A DNA stretch of 56,889 nt from a virus (Duplodnaviria; Caudoviricetes), in IMG/VR virus record IMGVR_UViG_3300005805_000108, positions 1-56,889 of that record. The stretch is one strand, 5' to 3'. A program made the position numbers and the translations under genes. The first letter of the stretch is position 1. Each line of letters opens with the position of its first letter. Shown here piece by piece: positions 21,001 to 31,236 of this stretch. The notes under the pieces are model-generated. The model saw only the letters and a list, made by a program, of their open reading frames with translations. It ran no database searches and had not been told where the DNA came from.

Positions 21001-24000
21001 TTTATTGGAATATTCTATATGTAATACCCTATCATTTGCTGATAGATCTTCATTTAGATTATATACTGCTACACTGTCGTCTCTTAATGCAGCAAAATAT
21101 TTTATACCACTAGATTTTGGATCTCTGATATAGTTTGCAATCGTTAATGTAGGTAATGTGCGGCCTTTTAAATTAGCTAGGACATTTCGTTTATTTTTAA
21201 CCCAATAATAAAATTTCACTACTGGGGTGTTGGTTCCTGTATCAACATAACTGACTGTGACAAATGCTGAATTATCTGTATACTTAGGTTCACCATCTCC
21301 ACCATTTACTACATATTGACTAGGGGGATACAAACTTTCAGTCCATTCATAAACATCTATACTACTTCCAGGAAAGATATTTGCCCAATTAGAGTTTCTA
21401 TATGATATAGAATCTTGTTCGTAGTCAAGATATCTAACTGCATTAAGATCCCACCATACTTGCCCTACTTGCTCCTCTGTCCAATGAAATTTTGTATCCA
21501 ATGAAATAAGGTCGCTCGATCCATTATTGTAAATTGCAGGATCATAATCAGTTTTATATGTTATATCCTGTTCTGCTACCCCTAGGATCTTTCCTTTAGC
21601 AGGATCGATATAGTCGAGATTTACCATGATACTATTAGATTTTTTACTGTATACATAGGCTTTTATGATACTGTCTAAATCTACTTTAGCAGTTTCATTT
21701 CGAATAGTATCCCAACCTAATAGACCTGTATCATTAATAAACTTATAAATTTTTCCTGTTTTATTTCCCTCACTACTATCAAACTCTGCACCAATGTAAG
21801 CAAAAGTATTAGTAATCAAAGCGGATGAACCAAATTTTGCTCCAGGTAATAATACACTGGATGCTTGATTGCTAGTAGGAACAAATTGCTGTACCAAGGC
21901 CATTTTTCCTGGTGCTGTTATTGTGTTTGCACTGTTATTCAAATATGTAAACAGCCATGATGAACCGGCACCTATTACATAATCAATAAAGGATGTTGAC
22001 CCTGCATCAAATGTAGTTTCCCTTTCCTTAGATTCATTACTGATATAAAGATTTAATTGTTTTTGTGTTAACCCTGAGGGCAACGTATAGGAATTTAACC
22101 AGGCAAATTTATCAAAGGTTAGCGAATTATAAGTATTAGCTTCTTTACTGGATACTATTAAAAGATTAGAATTTTTACCTACATTAACTTGCTGGCCAAA
22201 GAATATAAAAGGATCGTTCCCGGGTGAAGTTATTGTTTGAGTCTTCGGAAATACGTTAAGTCCCAGATCACTTAGTGCTGTTCCTAAACCTGGCAAGATT
22301 CTAAGTTTGTCAGCGTTTAACACACTGTCAGACACAATTTTTAAATATCCCGATGCATTAGCTGCAGTTACTCCGGGAATATTAGCACTATTGATATTTG
22401 TGATTACACTGCTTAGATTGCTACCAGTAAATGTAACTACAAAATCATTTATTCTTATACTATCACTGATAGTTACATTTGGATCGAGTTTAGAGCCCGT
22501 AATGGTACCATATATCCGTCCTTGATTTTGATAACTATTAACGATACCGCTATAAGTGGCATTATTTATTGGACTATTCTGATAAGGCGCACCTACATAT
22601 AAACTACAACTGGTATTACAAATATCAACGCTATAACCAAATTTTGCACTTCTCTGGGGACTATCTGGAAATATAGTAGTAATTGGCCTAAATGCATTTG
22701 TTTCTATTGCAACCACACTGCCGGTGTTAGGCGCAGTAGTAAATTGTATTGTAGTACTGCTAGTTAATGTATAATTAGATGCTATTGAATCATTAATATA
22801 AATTTTGCTGATATTGCTAATTATATCCTGAGTAGTGAAAGTAGTTTGTATACCATTGGCAATAAATCTTTCAATTGATCTATCATATACTGTTACCTTT
22901 CCGTTGTTAGGATATACAGTATTAGCTGATGTGTAATCGTATTCAGGACTGCCTATTACTAATTGTGCCCCATCGACGGTTGAGGCAACACTATGACCAA
23001 ACTTAATGTTTGCGTTAGGTGATGATATTATATTTGCAAGTGTAAACCCAGGGTATTCACTAACTGCAATCAATCCTGCAGCAGGAGCAGAAGTGAATGT
23101 AATTACATTACCCGATAAGGTATAATCCTTATAAGGAACCAAATACCTTGTAACATTAGCAACAAATAAACTTTCAATCGAATATGGCGTAAAATTAATT
23201 GTAAAATTGGAAGTACTACCATCTGCATTAAATGTGTCAACTTGTGAAACTATATTACTGTTAAACTGATAAGCATAAACTTTATCAGCTTCAGGTGCTC
23301 CTACATACAGCCATTGATCATCTTTGCTTAAACTTAGACTATGACCAAAATTACCGTCAGTGATATTTGTAGACAATATTTGCTCTAGTGTAATCCCACC
23401 AAGGAAATCTTTTTTGTAGACAAAAACATATCCTCTGCCGTTATCACTGAGACTGGCACCAGCAACCATATAGACATTTCCACTTGACAGTGACGAACCC
23501 ATACCAATGGTATCAGATGTAGGACTACCAAGAGTTAAGTTTTCTTTCTGACTTGCATCCGGATTAACAATAAAAGTAATTACAGCGCCTTCCCCGTTTT
23601 CATAACCCGGTGCACCAACTGCCAGTAATGTTTCATCAGCCGATAAACTAATTGCTGAACCAACTGTCCAGTTTGGCCTATAGAATACTAAAGACAAAGC
23701 AAGATTACTGATAAAAGGTTCCGATTTTTCGTAGACTGCCCATTTATCTGCAATATCTTTGTTTACCCAAACTTTTTGTCCGGGTTTCCAATCAATATCG
23801 AGATTTACTAAATCTGCTGCACGATCAATTTTTACTGATTGCAATTTGTAGATACTAGCACTGATGTCAACAGTCGAAAATGTTCTTTCACTATCGATAA
23901 TAGAATTTACTGCAATAAATTCTTTCAGTCCAGTAACTTGTGTAATTCGGTAAAGACCATTGTAAGTCTGTCTATCTTGTAAGTCATTTATTATTATTAC

Positions 24001-27000
24001 TGAATCGTCGACATTTAAAAAGTGCGGCAAATCAGTGGTAAACAAATAGCTATTATCAAATTCTTTTGTTACAGCTATTACTTTTGTATTATCAATGAGT
24101 TTACTTAATCTGTAGACATTCCATGTTCTATTATAATCAATTGCAGTCCAAATTAATGAACCTGTACCCAAATTATTATAATTACCTGTTAGTTCGACAG
24201 GATTAGATAAATCATAAACTGTATAGTCTACATCCTCTATATTGACATACCCTGCAGTTTGTATATCATCTGTGTAAACACTATTATTAGTTCTATTAAG
24301 AAATATTGGTGGTGTCCATGGAATATCTGCAGTTTTATAAATTTGATCAGCAACACTTGATAGACTATTGTAACTTACAGAATTATTAGTATAGGCTGTA
24401 ATACTAGAAGGATTGCTTAGTAAATAATCCTCATTGAGATTTATTTCAACAAATTGATTTGTTTGAAGACCGCCATAAGATCCTACTCTAAAAGCCCATT
24501 CTTCAGTGGTTACAACATCTTTTTCTTCGCCTGACAGATTTATATTCTGAATAGTTTTAACTACACTGTTAGTGCCTTTTTGTTTAATAAAGCCTTGATA
24601 TAGTTTTACCTGGCTGGTGTCATCTAAACCTACATTATCTAAATAGGTTCTATTTCTATACCCTATTAGGCCTAGACTGAATAAATCAAATTGACTTTCT
24701 AAATTAATATTATTAATATCATAGAAATTTTCAAATTGTTTAGCATTTAAGGCAAAATTACGTAGTAGTCCCTCACGAATAACATCTTTATTGACCGGCA
24801 ACCATTTAGTAAAATCAAATTTTGTAGATCCTTCTATATTTGTAGATGCAGTATAATAAAAGTTTTTATAACTTACTAAATCTCCACGCAAATAATCTGT
24901 GTTTGTTCTCCATACTTCTATCTGATTATTACTATAAACAAATCCATTTGGTGATAAAGTGCCATTCCAATCTGCAGTTTTTACACCTACTAATTTTAGT
25001 CTAAATTGTCTTGCACCGGATGATGGTTCGTATATAACATCGTTAAACTGTGTTAAATTATTGAATATTATTAAATGTTCGTATTGTGATAGACTAATGT
25101 CCACTAATCCTATTAAGTCACCGTTTTTATTATTAAGATTTAAGAAATAGTCGGTGTCTAATCTCGTTACAGAATAAGCATCTGTATCCAAGGTTAAAAA
25201 ATTCTGATTGACTATTCTACTTCCATAATAGTTACCCATAGTAGCATCCACTACAGCATTAGTAACTTTAAAATGTACTCGATCCGCGATAGGACTTAAA
25301 ACAATGGTACTTCCAATACCCCATCCCTGTTGAATCCAAAATAATAATTCTTTAAGACTTAATTTCCAATTACGTATTTCAGAAATATTTTCATCAAAGT
25401 AAGAAAATATAAAACCTTGTGATTCTAAAAATTGTTGATAACCAGCTAATACACTGGCCATCTGTTGTAGGGTTTGTAATTCAGTTCCGTAATTAATTGC
25501 ATATTTAATATCTAAGAACTCAGTATACCATTTAGCAGTAGAACCCAAAATAGTGACCTGCTCATACTCGCCTTCTGTATTAGGATTAAAGAAAGTAAAA
25601 TATGGATTTTTAGTGTCGTAGCCACTTAATTTGAATCCGTTTGCAGTTTTTTCAATTATAATAGCACTGTATCTTGGATTAGCAATGGGGCCCGATTTGT
25701 GTAATGCAATATCAAAATCTGAATCAGGTATTATAATACTATCATTGATACTGTTAGGACTAAATTGCTCTGCTAGCACTTTGATATATTCTTTACTAGT
25801 AAAGCCAGCTGCTCTATAACCTAACTGCACATTAAAATTATGTACATAGTCTAGTAAAGGCTGTTTATTGATGATACCTAAACTTGTATTAAATTCCGAA
25901 ATCCAATTTAAATATCCCGATGCACGTGATATTGTTCCATCACTGGCAATATATCCATTTAGCTGGATATCATCGCTTTGAATTCTAAAATTAGTATCGC
26001 TAATTAGATATTGATCTAATACTGTATCATATTTGTATTTGTTATTATTGATACCAAAACTGAAATATTTGGCAGGATTCACCAGTGCCAAGGCAATCTG
26101 TAATGCAAAAGCAAACTCACTGCTGTTTCTCCATGCAAGTTCACTGGGGCCTAGTTGACCTATACTCCAATTAGCATTAAAATTATTATTATTATAATCA
26201 ACTGTCAACAATCCTAAGGGAGGTTTGAGATTACCATTCTGATCAGTGGGAATGATAGCACTTAGTCCAGGTCTGGCAAATTTTTCGTTTAAACCTTGAT
26301 TTGCTCCTTGAGCAATATAGCCTCGTTCAAGGTCATTCCATAATATTTGATTGCCGGAGGTATATGGTGCAGGCCCATAATAATCATCCCACCAGCTGGG
26401 TTTGATTGAAAAACCTAACATTTCCCATGGGCGTAAATGGGGACTATCGGTGTCATAAAAATATCTAAATATTGCACGCCAAGATCCCTGTAATTTAATA
26501 CCTCCAAGCGTAGCAGCACTAGTAAAATAATTATAAGTAAAAGGATTACCTACATCATAAGTTGTATTGCTGACATAATTAATATTATTGTAGCCTACCC
26601 ATTGCAAATAATAGCGACCTAATATACTATTAAAGTTGTTAAGACTAATACCAGTATCTCTAAAATTACCGGGTACAACATCATATATATTAATTAGCTT
26701 TTCATCGTATTGTACCTTGATATTATTAAAAATACGTTTTTCAAGTTCTAATATTAGTTGATCACGAAAGTCGTTAAACGCAGGAGTAATACTACCATCA
26801 TGTCCTCTGATCATTACTACTGGATCTAGATAGGTATTGTCAGTGTAAATTGCCGGCACAAATTTTGGATAAAGTCCCAGCTTAGTGGGTGTCTCTGGTA
26901 CATAACAACCATCGGTATCATAGTACTCAACAATTTTTATAATATCGTTAACAGAAACAGTCAGGGAATCTGAAAGCACAATGGCTGGTAATGTAGTTGA

Positions 27001-30000
27001 GAAAGTATAATCCTGTCCAACTATTAATTGTGTATCATTTAAATACACCAATATTGCTGTGTTGCCAGGCGTATCCAAGGAAAAGATACTAGTAATTTCA
27101 TATACTTTTTGTAAGATATCTAAAATTTCATACTGAATAACATTTTTATTTTCCCCATAAGGTATCATATCACTATAAAACCATGGGAATGTATCATTCT
27201 TAATCTGATTTATTTGTTGAATTACCGAATCTACAATTGCAGGATAATCTAAGGTATTACCAAATTGTGTCATTCCAGCTAACGAGATAAATTTATTTTT
27301 AAATCGTGTGTATTCTTGTTGTGCTGTAAGAACACTATTAACAAAATCATATTGTGGATTATTTAAAAATAAACCCGAGTATATGACAGGAGCACTTTGT
27401 TGTAGAATACTACCTCCCTGGGCAACGATACTAATATCTCTGAGATTACTATTGCCAGGAAATGCTCCATAGAATTTTGTTGTATTTTGTGTTAAAGTTT
27501 GAACATGATTGCGTAAACTTCCTAAGGTGATCGAAGTTAATATTTCATTTTTACTGTTATAGTTTAAATTATCAGGTACTTGATAAAATCCATAATTACT
27601 TTTCTCTGTGCTATAAATTAAAATATCTATTCTGTCAGAAGTTTTAATTTTACTTTGTAAAATTCTAACTGTAATCCCTATAGTGCTGTTTGGATATATC
27701 TGGAAATCATTTACAGATAGTTGTGTATAATTCACATATACTTTTATGTTAGGAACATCAACACTGATTTCTGGGGTAATATCTGTTTGAAATGTATTGT
27801 TAATTCCGTCATAGGTATAACTTAATATTTGATATTGTTTAGTATCTTGGCTTACTTTTTGCCATACATTTAATTTTTGTTTACTATTATCTAATTTGTT
27901 TAAGACAAGGTATCCAAGATTAATTTTTTCGGTTACTGCTACACCATTACTAATGTATTCAAATTTATCATTATCAAAATAATTATAAAATTCTATATCA
28001 CCCTGATTAGCAATACTTTTATAACTTAGCGGAAATCCTAAAACAGAATCGTCTGAACTAAAATTTCCAATTTGATAATTAAATATTTTCGTACCAACAA
28101 ATTTTGTAGAATTGCTAGCAATTGGATATCGTGTTCTGTTTCCTAAACTATAACCCTGTGAATCTATAACATCAAAATATGGAAACTGATTCACTGCGGT
28201 TTTCTGTTGTCCACTCTGCCATATAGATCCATCATAGTAAAAACTTTTATTGGCATTTACTAATCCGCTGAGCACATTTACTACATTGTTTTCCTGTACC
28301 GTAACAATAGGAACCAAATGTATTATCTGTTGAGTATTAGTGGGATTAATTAATTCCACTTGGTAAACAGTTTTTCTAACAGCTAAATCGTCTGCTCGAG
28401 AAAATACTATTTTAACTCCATTAACAAGTTTAACGCCATCTATATATAAACTTACAAGACCCTCGACTTGCGACAATGGGTCACTATATGTTGTATCATA
28501 TATGTCGACGGGTGCTATACCCACAGTACCATAATCATACAATTGTAAATTAGGAATAAATTCAATGATAGGGCGTTTAGCTCTACTGGCAGCATCTAAA
28601 GAAAAAGGTGTATTATTATATAAAGATGCAGATTCAATGACTGCCTGATGAAACCATCTATTTCTTCTTGTCCAGGGATTTATGTCACGTGATGCACGAT
28701 TAATAGTAATGTAGTCGGGATCTACCAGATTAGGATCTGATTCGGGCACTAAACTGCCATAAAAATTATTGCCTATTATATAAGGATATACAGGATTACC
28801 ACTTGAGTCCTCTGTGCAAAAATAAGCAAATGTCCCATTGGGAAAATCTGGAGTAACACAATATCTACCATTCATTGAATTTAATACACCTGGAGATCCT
28901 TCGTGTTTGTAATCTTCAATGAATGCTCCAGGTAAAAATTCAAATGTTAATGTATCACCACTATTAACGGTAATATTGCTGTCTAACAAAATTTGGTTAT
29001 CACCGTATAAAAATGTCGGTGGACCAATTGCAGTTGCATTTGCACAATTTAAAATATAATAAGTATTAACCGGCAAGCCTGCACTGTTTGTAGTAATGCG
29101 CATGCCAGGATTAAGTCCGATAGTATCAGAAACACTAATTAAATTTCCTGTGCTGGATTCAGAAACAGTAACAGTTGCACCTGCAGGCCTATTTGTTAAA
29201 GATTGTATCTGATATCCACTGCTCATACGTACAATAGCACTATTAGCATCTAAAGGATTAGTATAGGCAAAAGGCCCATAAATTGGATAACCGTCGGCTG
29301 CAAATCCTATTATTTTGCTATGCCCGTCTGAGTGTGTATATCCATCTGTAAATCCCGACACATTTCCCCATGCATTTGCAGTAATAAATGTGCTGTCTTG
29401 ATAATAGTATTCGCCGCTGCTGCCAACTGCACCGCCATAACTATCCCGACCATTTAATGTTGTAGTTGGGCCGCAATAATGCCAAGTAAACCCGTCATTA
29501 TTTGTTATATAATATCGGTTACTGGGGCCATAAAGATAGATACCAGGTAAAGTTACCCCAGTGATGGCCTCTCTTGTTGCTACTGCAGCCTGTTCACCTA
29601 ATACATTTTGTCCTGCTCTAAATGGGAAAGTAATTTCTGCATTCTGATCAGTGATATAGTAAGGATTCCCACTATTAGGAAAAGTACCTTTTAGAACTGT
29701 AGTTCCATCAGGAACATCTGATGTAGATATAGTAAATTTGTATCCTTGATAGTCTAAGTTGGCTACTGCTGCAGCAGTAAAAGATTCTTCAGGATTATAG
29801 TCAGTTTTAGTAAATGTGGTTATTGTAAAATTACTGACAGGAATTAATTCTATAGATGTTCCAACACCTTCTACATAATATTCAGTATTTTGGTAGCTAG
29901 CAGGTATCACAGTTGAATCAAATTTTACTTTTAAACCATTGGTAAATATTACCCCATTGGGACTTATATAATTCTGCTTACCTAGTATATCTGCCTCTAC

Positions 30001-31227
30001 ATCAATATTATTATTATTTTGATCCACTAATCGTATACGGCCGACTGCACTAGCATCTATACCATCTTGATAGTAAAGATATTCTAAATCTGCTGTAATA
30101 ACAGGAAATTGTGTTAATATATCTAATATATTTCTATACCAAAATGTATTACCATATGTGAGACCGTATTGTACAGTGATTTTACGGTTTACCGCTACAT
30201 CAGCATAATAGGTTAAATTAATTACGAAATCAGCACCAGATGGAGTAAGGGTAATTTGCCATATTCCATAACGTTGATTAACAGGTACAGTAGTTGAACT
30301 AGCTGTCCAATTATCACCATTATTTGTGTATTGGCCAAAAATAATTAATTTTCCGTCAAGATTTACATTTTGACCATCAATACCATTATAAAGATTAACT
30401 ATATTAGATAAAAGTTGTCCTTGTAATTGGCTGTAGTAAAGTGTAGTAACAAAATCTATAGTATCCGCTGCAGGCATCTCTTGGAAAAAATTCTGTGCCG
30501 TTTTATCTGGGATAGCAAAAACCACTGTGCCTACTTCCAAGCCATTATTAAGAACTCCCAAGACCTGTCTACTAGATAAGTTAGAATTGCTAATCTGTTT
30601 GCCCGATAGTCCTGGGTCAGTCTGTATATAAAATGGATGCCCTGTCTGATTTATTTCAAATCTATATGTACCGTTACGGACAAGCACCAAATCTGGATTG
30701 TTCAGTGTGCCGTATCCGAAGATATTGTAGGTTTCAGCAGCTGAATCTCTGGTTACAGTAAAAGTTTTTTCTAATTCAGCAGTACCAGCCCCAACTGTAA
30801 CTGCGGGGGGTCCTTGTGGTAACCAATAATATTGACTGAAATTTATAAAACTATCTAAATTAATATGTGGATCATAGGTATAATATTCGCTGGCCCACAA
30901 TGTATTTTGATTATTTACTTGCCCGCCTCTATAACTAATACTCTGCAAAAGTTCTGCATAGGTTGCAGCATGTTCAACTACACCAGAAACTTCATTTTTA
31001 TATATAACACTGGGTTCAAGTTGATAATCTGCTCTTGCAGCGGTTGGTTCTTTTATATAGGTTTCAATGCCCTTAAACCCAGGACTGAATTTTCTTCCAA
31101 TATATCCATTTATTGGCTTGACATTTGGTTCAGTTACTAACTGATCCAATGTAGCATTCAAAAACTTTTTATTAGTTTCAGTTTGAAATATTGCAGGTAA
31201 AAGCAAATTAGTTTTAGTTGTGGACAT
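18100..31227 (-). CDS. Giant (4375 aa) baseplate wedge / virion structural protein with YHYH-like and beta-propeller regions
   Basis: Uninterrupted ORF directly after gp6-like gene; IIGFAADGYPIYGP...NGRYCVTPDFPNGTFAYF; FG.S...L.VGAP repeats; V.NPGSGY repeats; EVKPFRTKIRE near C-terminus. Confidence 0.75.
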   Translation of the reverse strand: MSTTKTNLLLPAIFQTETNKKFLNATLDQLVTEPNVKPINGYIGRKFSPGFKGIETYIKEPTAARADYQLEPSVIYKNEVSGVVEHAATYAELLQSISYRGGQVNNQNTLWASEYYTYDPHINLDSFINFSQYYWLPQGPPAVTVGAGTAELEKTFTVTRDSAAETYNIFGYGTLNNPDLVLVRNGTYRFEINQTGHPFYIQTDPGLSGKQISNSNLSSRQVLGVLNNGLEVGTVVFAIPDKTAQNFFQEMPAADTIDFVTTLYYSQLQGQLLSNIVNLYNGIDGQNVNLDGKLIIFGQYTNNGDNWTASSTTVPVNQRYGIWQITLTPSGADFVINLTYYADVAVNRKITVQYGLTYGNTFWYRNILDILTQFPVITADLEYLYYQDGIDASAVGRIRLVDQNNNNIDVEADILGKQNYISPNGVIFTNGLKVKFDSTVIPASYQNTEYYVEGVGTSIELIPVSNFTITTFTKTDYNPEESFTAAAVANLDYQGYKFTISTSDVPDGTTVLKGTFPNSGNPYYITDQNAEITFPFRAGQNVLGEQAAVATREAITGVTLPGIYLYGPSNRYYITNNDGFTWHYCGPTTTLNGRDSYGGAVGSSGEYYYQDSTFITANAWGNVSGFTDGYTHSDGHSKIIGFAADGYPIYGPFAYTNPLDANSAIVRMSSGYQIQSLTNRPAGATVTVSESSTGNLISVSDTIGLNPGMRITTNSAGLPVNTYYILNCANATAIGPPTFLYGDNQILLDSNITVNSGDTLTFEFLPGAFIEDYKHEGSPGVLNSMNGRYCVTPDFPNGTFAYFCTEDSSGNPVYPYIIGNNFYGSLVPESDPNLVDPDYITINRASRDINPWTRRNRWFHQAVIESASLYNNTPFSLDAASRAKRPIIEFIPNLQLYDYGTVGIAPVDIYDTTYSDPLSQVEGLVSLYIDGVKLVNGVKIVFSRADDLAVRKTVYQVELINPTNTQQIIHLVPIVTVQENNVVNVLSGLVNANKSFYYDGSIWQSGQQKTAVNQFPYFDVIDSQGYSLGNRTRYPIASNSTKFVGTKIFNYQIGNFSSDDSVLGFPLSYKSIANQGDIEFYNYFDNDKFEYISNGVAVTEKINLGYLVLNKLDNSKQKLNVWQKVSQDTKQYQILSYTYDGINNTFQTDITPEISVDVPNIKVYVNYTQLSVNDFQIYPNSTIGITVRILQSKIKTSDRIDILIYSTEKSNYGFYQVPDNLNYNSKNEILTSITLGSLRNHVQTLTQNTTKFYGAFPGNSNLRDISIVAQGGSILQQSAPVIYSGLFLNNPQYDFVNSVLTAQQEYTRFKNKFISLAGMTQFGNTLDYPAIVDSVIQQINQIKNDTFPWFYSDMIPYGENKNVIQYEILDILQKVYEITSIFSLDTPGNTAILVYLNDTQLIVGQDYTFSTTLPAIVLSDSLTVSVNDIIKIVEYYDTDGCYVPETPTKLGLYPKFVPAIYTDNTYLDPVVMIRGHDGSITPAFNDFRDQLILELEKRIFNNIKVQYDEKLINIYDVVPGNFRDTGISLNNFNSILGRYYLQWVGYNNINYVSNTTYDVGNPFTYNYFTSAATLGGIKLQGSWRAIFRYFYDTDSPHLRPWEMLGFSIKPSWWDDYYGPAPYTSGNQILWNDLERGYIAQGANQGLNEKFARPGLSAIIPTDQNGNLKPPLGLLTVDYNNNNFNANWSIGQLGPSELAWRNSSEFAFALQIALALVNPAKYFSFGINNNKYKYDTVLDQYLISDTNFRIQSDDIQLNGYIASDGTISRASGYLNWISEFNTSLGIINKQPLLDYVHNFNVQLGYRAAGFTSKEYIKVLAEQFSPNSINDSIIIPDSDFDIALHKSGPIANPRYSAIIIEKTANGFKLSGYDTKNPYFTFFNPNTEGEYEQVTILGSTAKWYTEFLDIKYAINYGTELQTLQQMASVLAGYQQFLESQGFIFSYFDENISEIRNWKLSLKELLFWIQQGWGIGSTIVLSPIADRVHFKVTNAVVDATMGNYYGSRIVNQNFLTLDTDAYSVTRLDTDYFLNLNNKNGDLIGLVDISLSQYEHLIIFNNLTQFNDVIYEPSSGARQFRLKLVGVKTADWNGTLSPNGFVYSNNQIEVWRTNTDYLRGDLVSYKNFYYTASTNIEGSTKFDFTKWLPVNKDVIREGLLRNFALNAKQFENFYDINNINLESQFDLFSLGLIGYRNRTYLDNVGLDDTSQVKLYQGFIKQKGTNSVVKTIQNINLSGEEKDVVTTEEWAFRVGSYGGLQTNQFVEINLNEDYLLSNPSSITAYTNNSVSYNSLSSVADQIYKTADIPWTPPIFLNRTNNSVYTDDIQTAGYVNIEDVDYTVYDLSNPVELTGNYNNLGTGSLIWTAIDYNRTWNVYRLSKLIDNTKVIAVTKEFDNSYLFTTDLPHFLNVDDSVIIINDLQDRQTYNGLYRITQVTGLKEFIAVNSIIDSERTFSTVDISASIYKLQSVKIDRAADLVNLDIDWKPGQKVWVNKDIADKWAVYEKSEPFISNLALSLVFYRPNWTVGSAISLSADETLLAVGAPGYENGEGAVITFIVNPDASQKENLTLGSPTSDTIGMGSSLSSGNVYMVAGASLSDNGRGYVFVYKKDFLGGITLEQILSTNITDGNFGHSLSLSKDDQWLYVGAPEADKVYAYQFNSNIVSQVDTFNADGSTSNFTINFTPYSIESLFVANVTRYLVPYKDYTLSGNVITFTSAPAAGLIAVSEYPGFTLANIISSPNANIKFGHSVASTVDGAQLVIGSPEYDYTSANTVYPNNGKVTVYDRSIERFIANGIQTTFTTQDIISNISKIYINDSIASNYTLTSSTTIQFTTAPNTGSVVAIETNAFRPITTIFPDSPQRSAKFGYSVDICNTSCSLYVGAPYQNSPINNATYSGIVNSYQNQGRIYGTITGSKLDPNVTISDSIRINDFVVTFTGSNLSSVITNINSANIPGVTAANASGYLKIVSDSVLNADKLRILPGLGTALSDLGLNVFPKTQTITSPGNDPFIFFGQQVNVGKNSNLLIVSSKEANTYNSLTFDKFAWLNSYTLPSGLTQKQLNLYISNESKERETTFDAGSTSFIDYVIGAGSSWLFTYLNNSANTITAPGKMALVQQFVPTSNQASSVLLPGAKFGSSALITNTFAYIGAEFDSSEGNKTGKIYKFINDTGLLGWDTIRNETAKVDLDSIIKAYVYSKKSNSIMVNLDYIDPAKGKILGVAEQDITYKTDYDPAIYNNGSSDLISLDTKFHWTEEQVGQVWWDLNAVRYLDYEQDSISYRNSNWANIFPGSSIDVYEWTESLYPPSQYVVNGGDGEPKYTDNSAFVTVSYVDTGTNTPVVKFYYWVKNKRNVLANLKGRTLPTLTIANYIRDPKSSGIKYFAALRDDSVAVYNLNEDLSANDRVLHIEYSNKPDSIKIHNEYQLISAAADSFDQIPSNIYRKIIDSLSRLDSNGNQVPDPYLPPQSSYGIEFRPRQSVFVNQDTAMKQLVKYVNTVFLKYVMSQGFDLTILESSDPIPVAGSGAYDDTVSTYEELTYVNAPILPTGYKILVDSDVNAGGLWTIYTKQADNSWKLTKVQTYDTAEYWQYIDWYAEGFNTSIKPTYTVQTIADLGKLTLKSEDIVKILNTGQGKWSIIQVWPTFVTTIGIQDGTIKFLDSLYALEENFMGFSNERFSVDRFDKTPSLEIRKIMQALQDSLFINQLSQEFVNLFFVLINYALNEQKSLDWVFKTSFITVNQIVKNLKQPKIYSKSDQNLYESYINEVKPFRTKIREIIESYNILDNFNGYIADFDVPSTLDPILKVYRSPSGEYVQDSDLFKEPQYVDWLYNYKYFVNSVTVENPGSGYTVAPEITVGGSLINDNARLRAILSNGAIARVEVVYPGSNYVTQPIITVSGGNGSGAILYANLTNTLVRKLKTILKYDRVTYGSNILEWTANTSYSQGNVVAYNNNAYTVIRNFVSTALFDSANLKLLSPNSLSTANDRIQSYYTAEAGSLGKDYSLLQSGIEYPGVTVEGFAYNESGGFDIANFDINTFDPVFYDAEGTPSIPDELYDTKIQSLYTDTTLGSAAGDIIVDGHTYVSTYSSHAPEELVPGRIFDTLDLKVQTFSTNAAQASYSNWISNTGFYLDEIVIVNGGSGYSAANVAVVISGTTGSSAAANVTLDANGKITAVTLTNVGIAYSTIPNVTVTGGNITAAVLSARLTQNTYNNFEYRIFKDKNDNYQYLRIAENATTLLASNLSLTANSLIVANSRVLPMPDSSSNNICSVTINGERIVYFEKNDTTNTLSRLIRGAYGTGANIHYINAAVIDSSFTEIVPKSSNYTFTPNANTVITTAGGANITFAGNATYIRSNVWTEIGSNTGLYTSDTTEAIFVRQN

Positions 31228-31236
31228 ATTAGTTTA

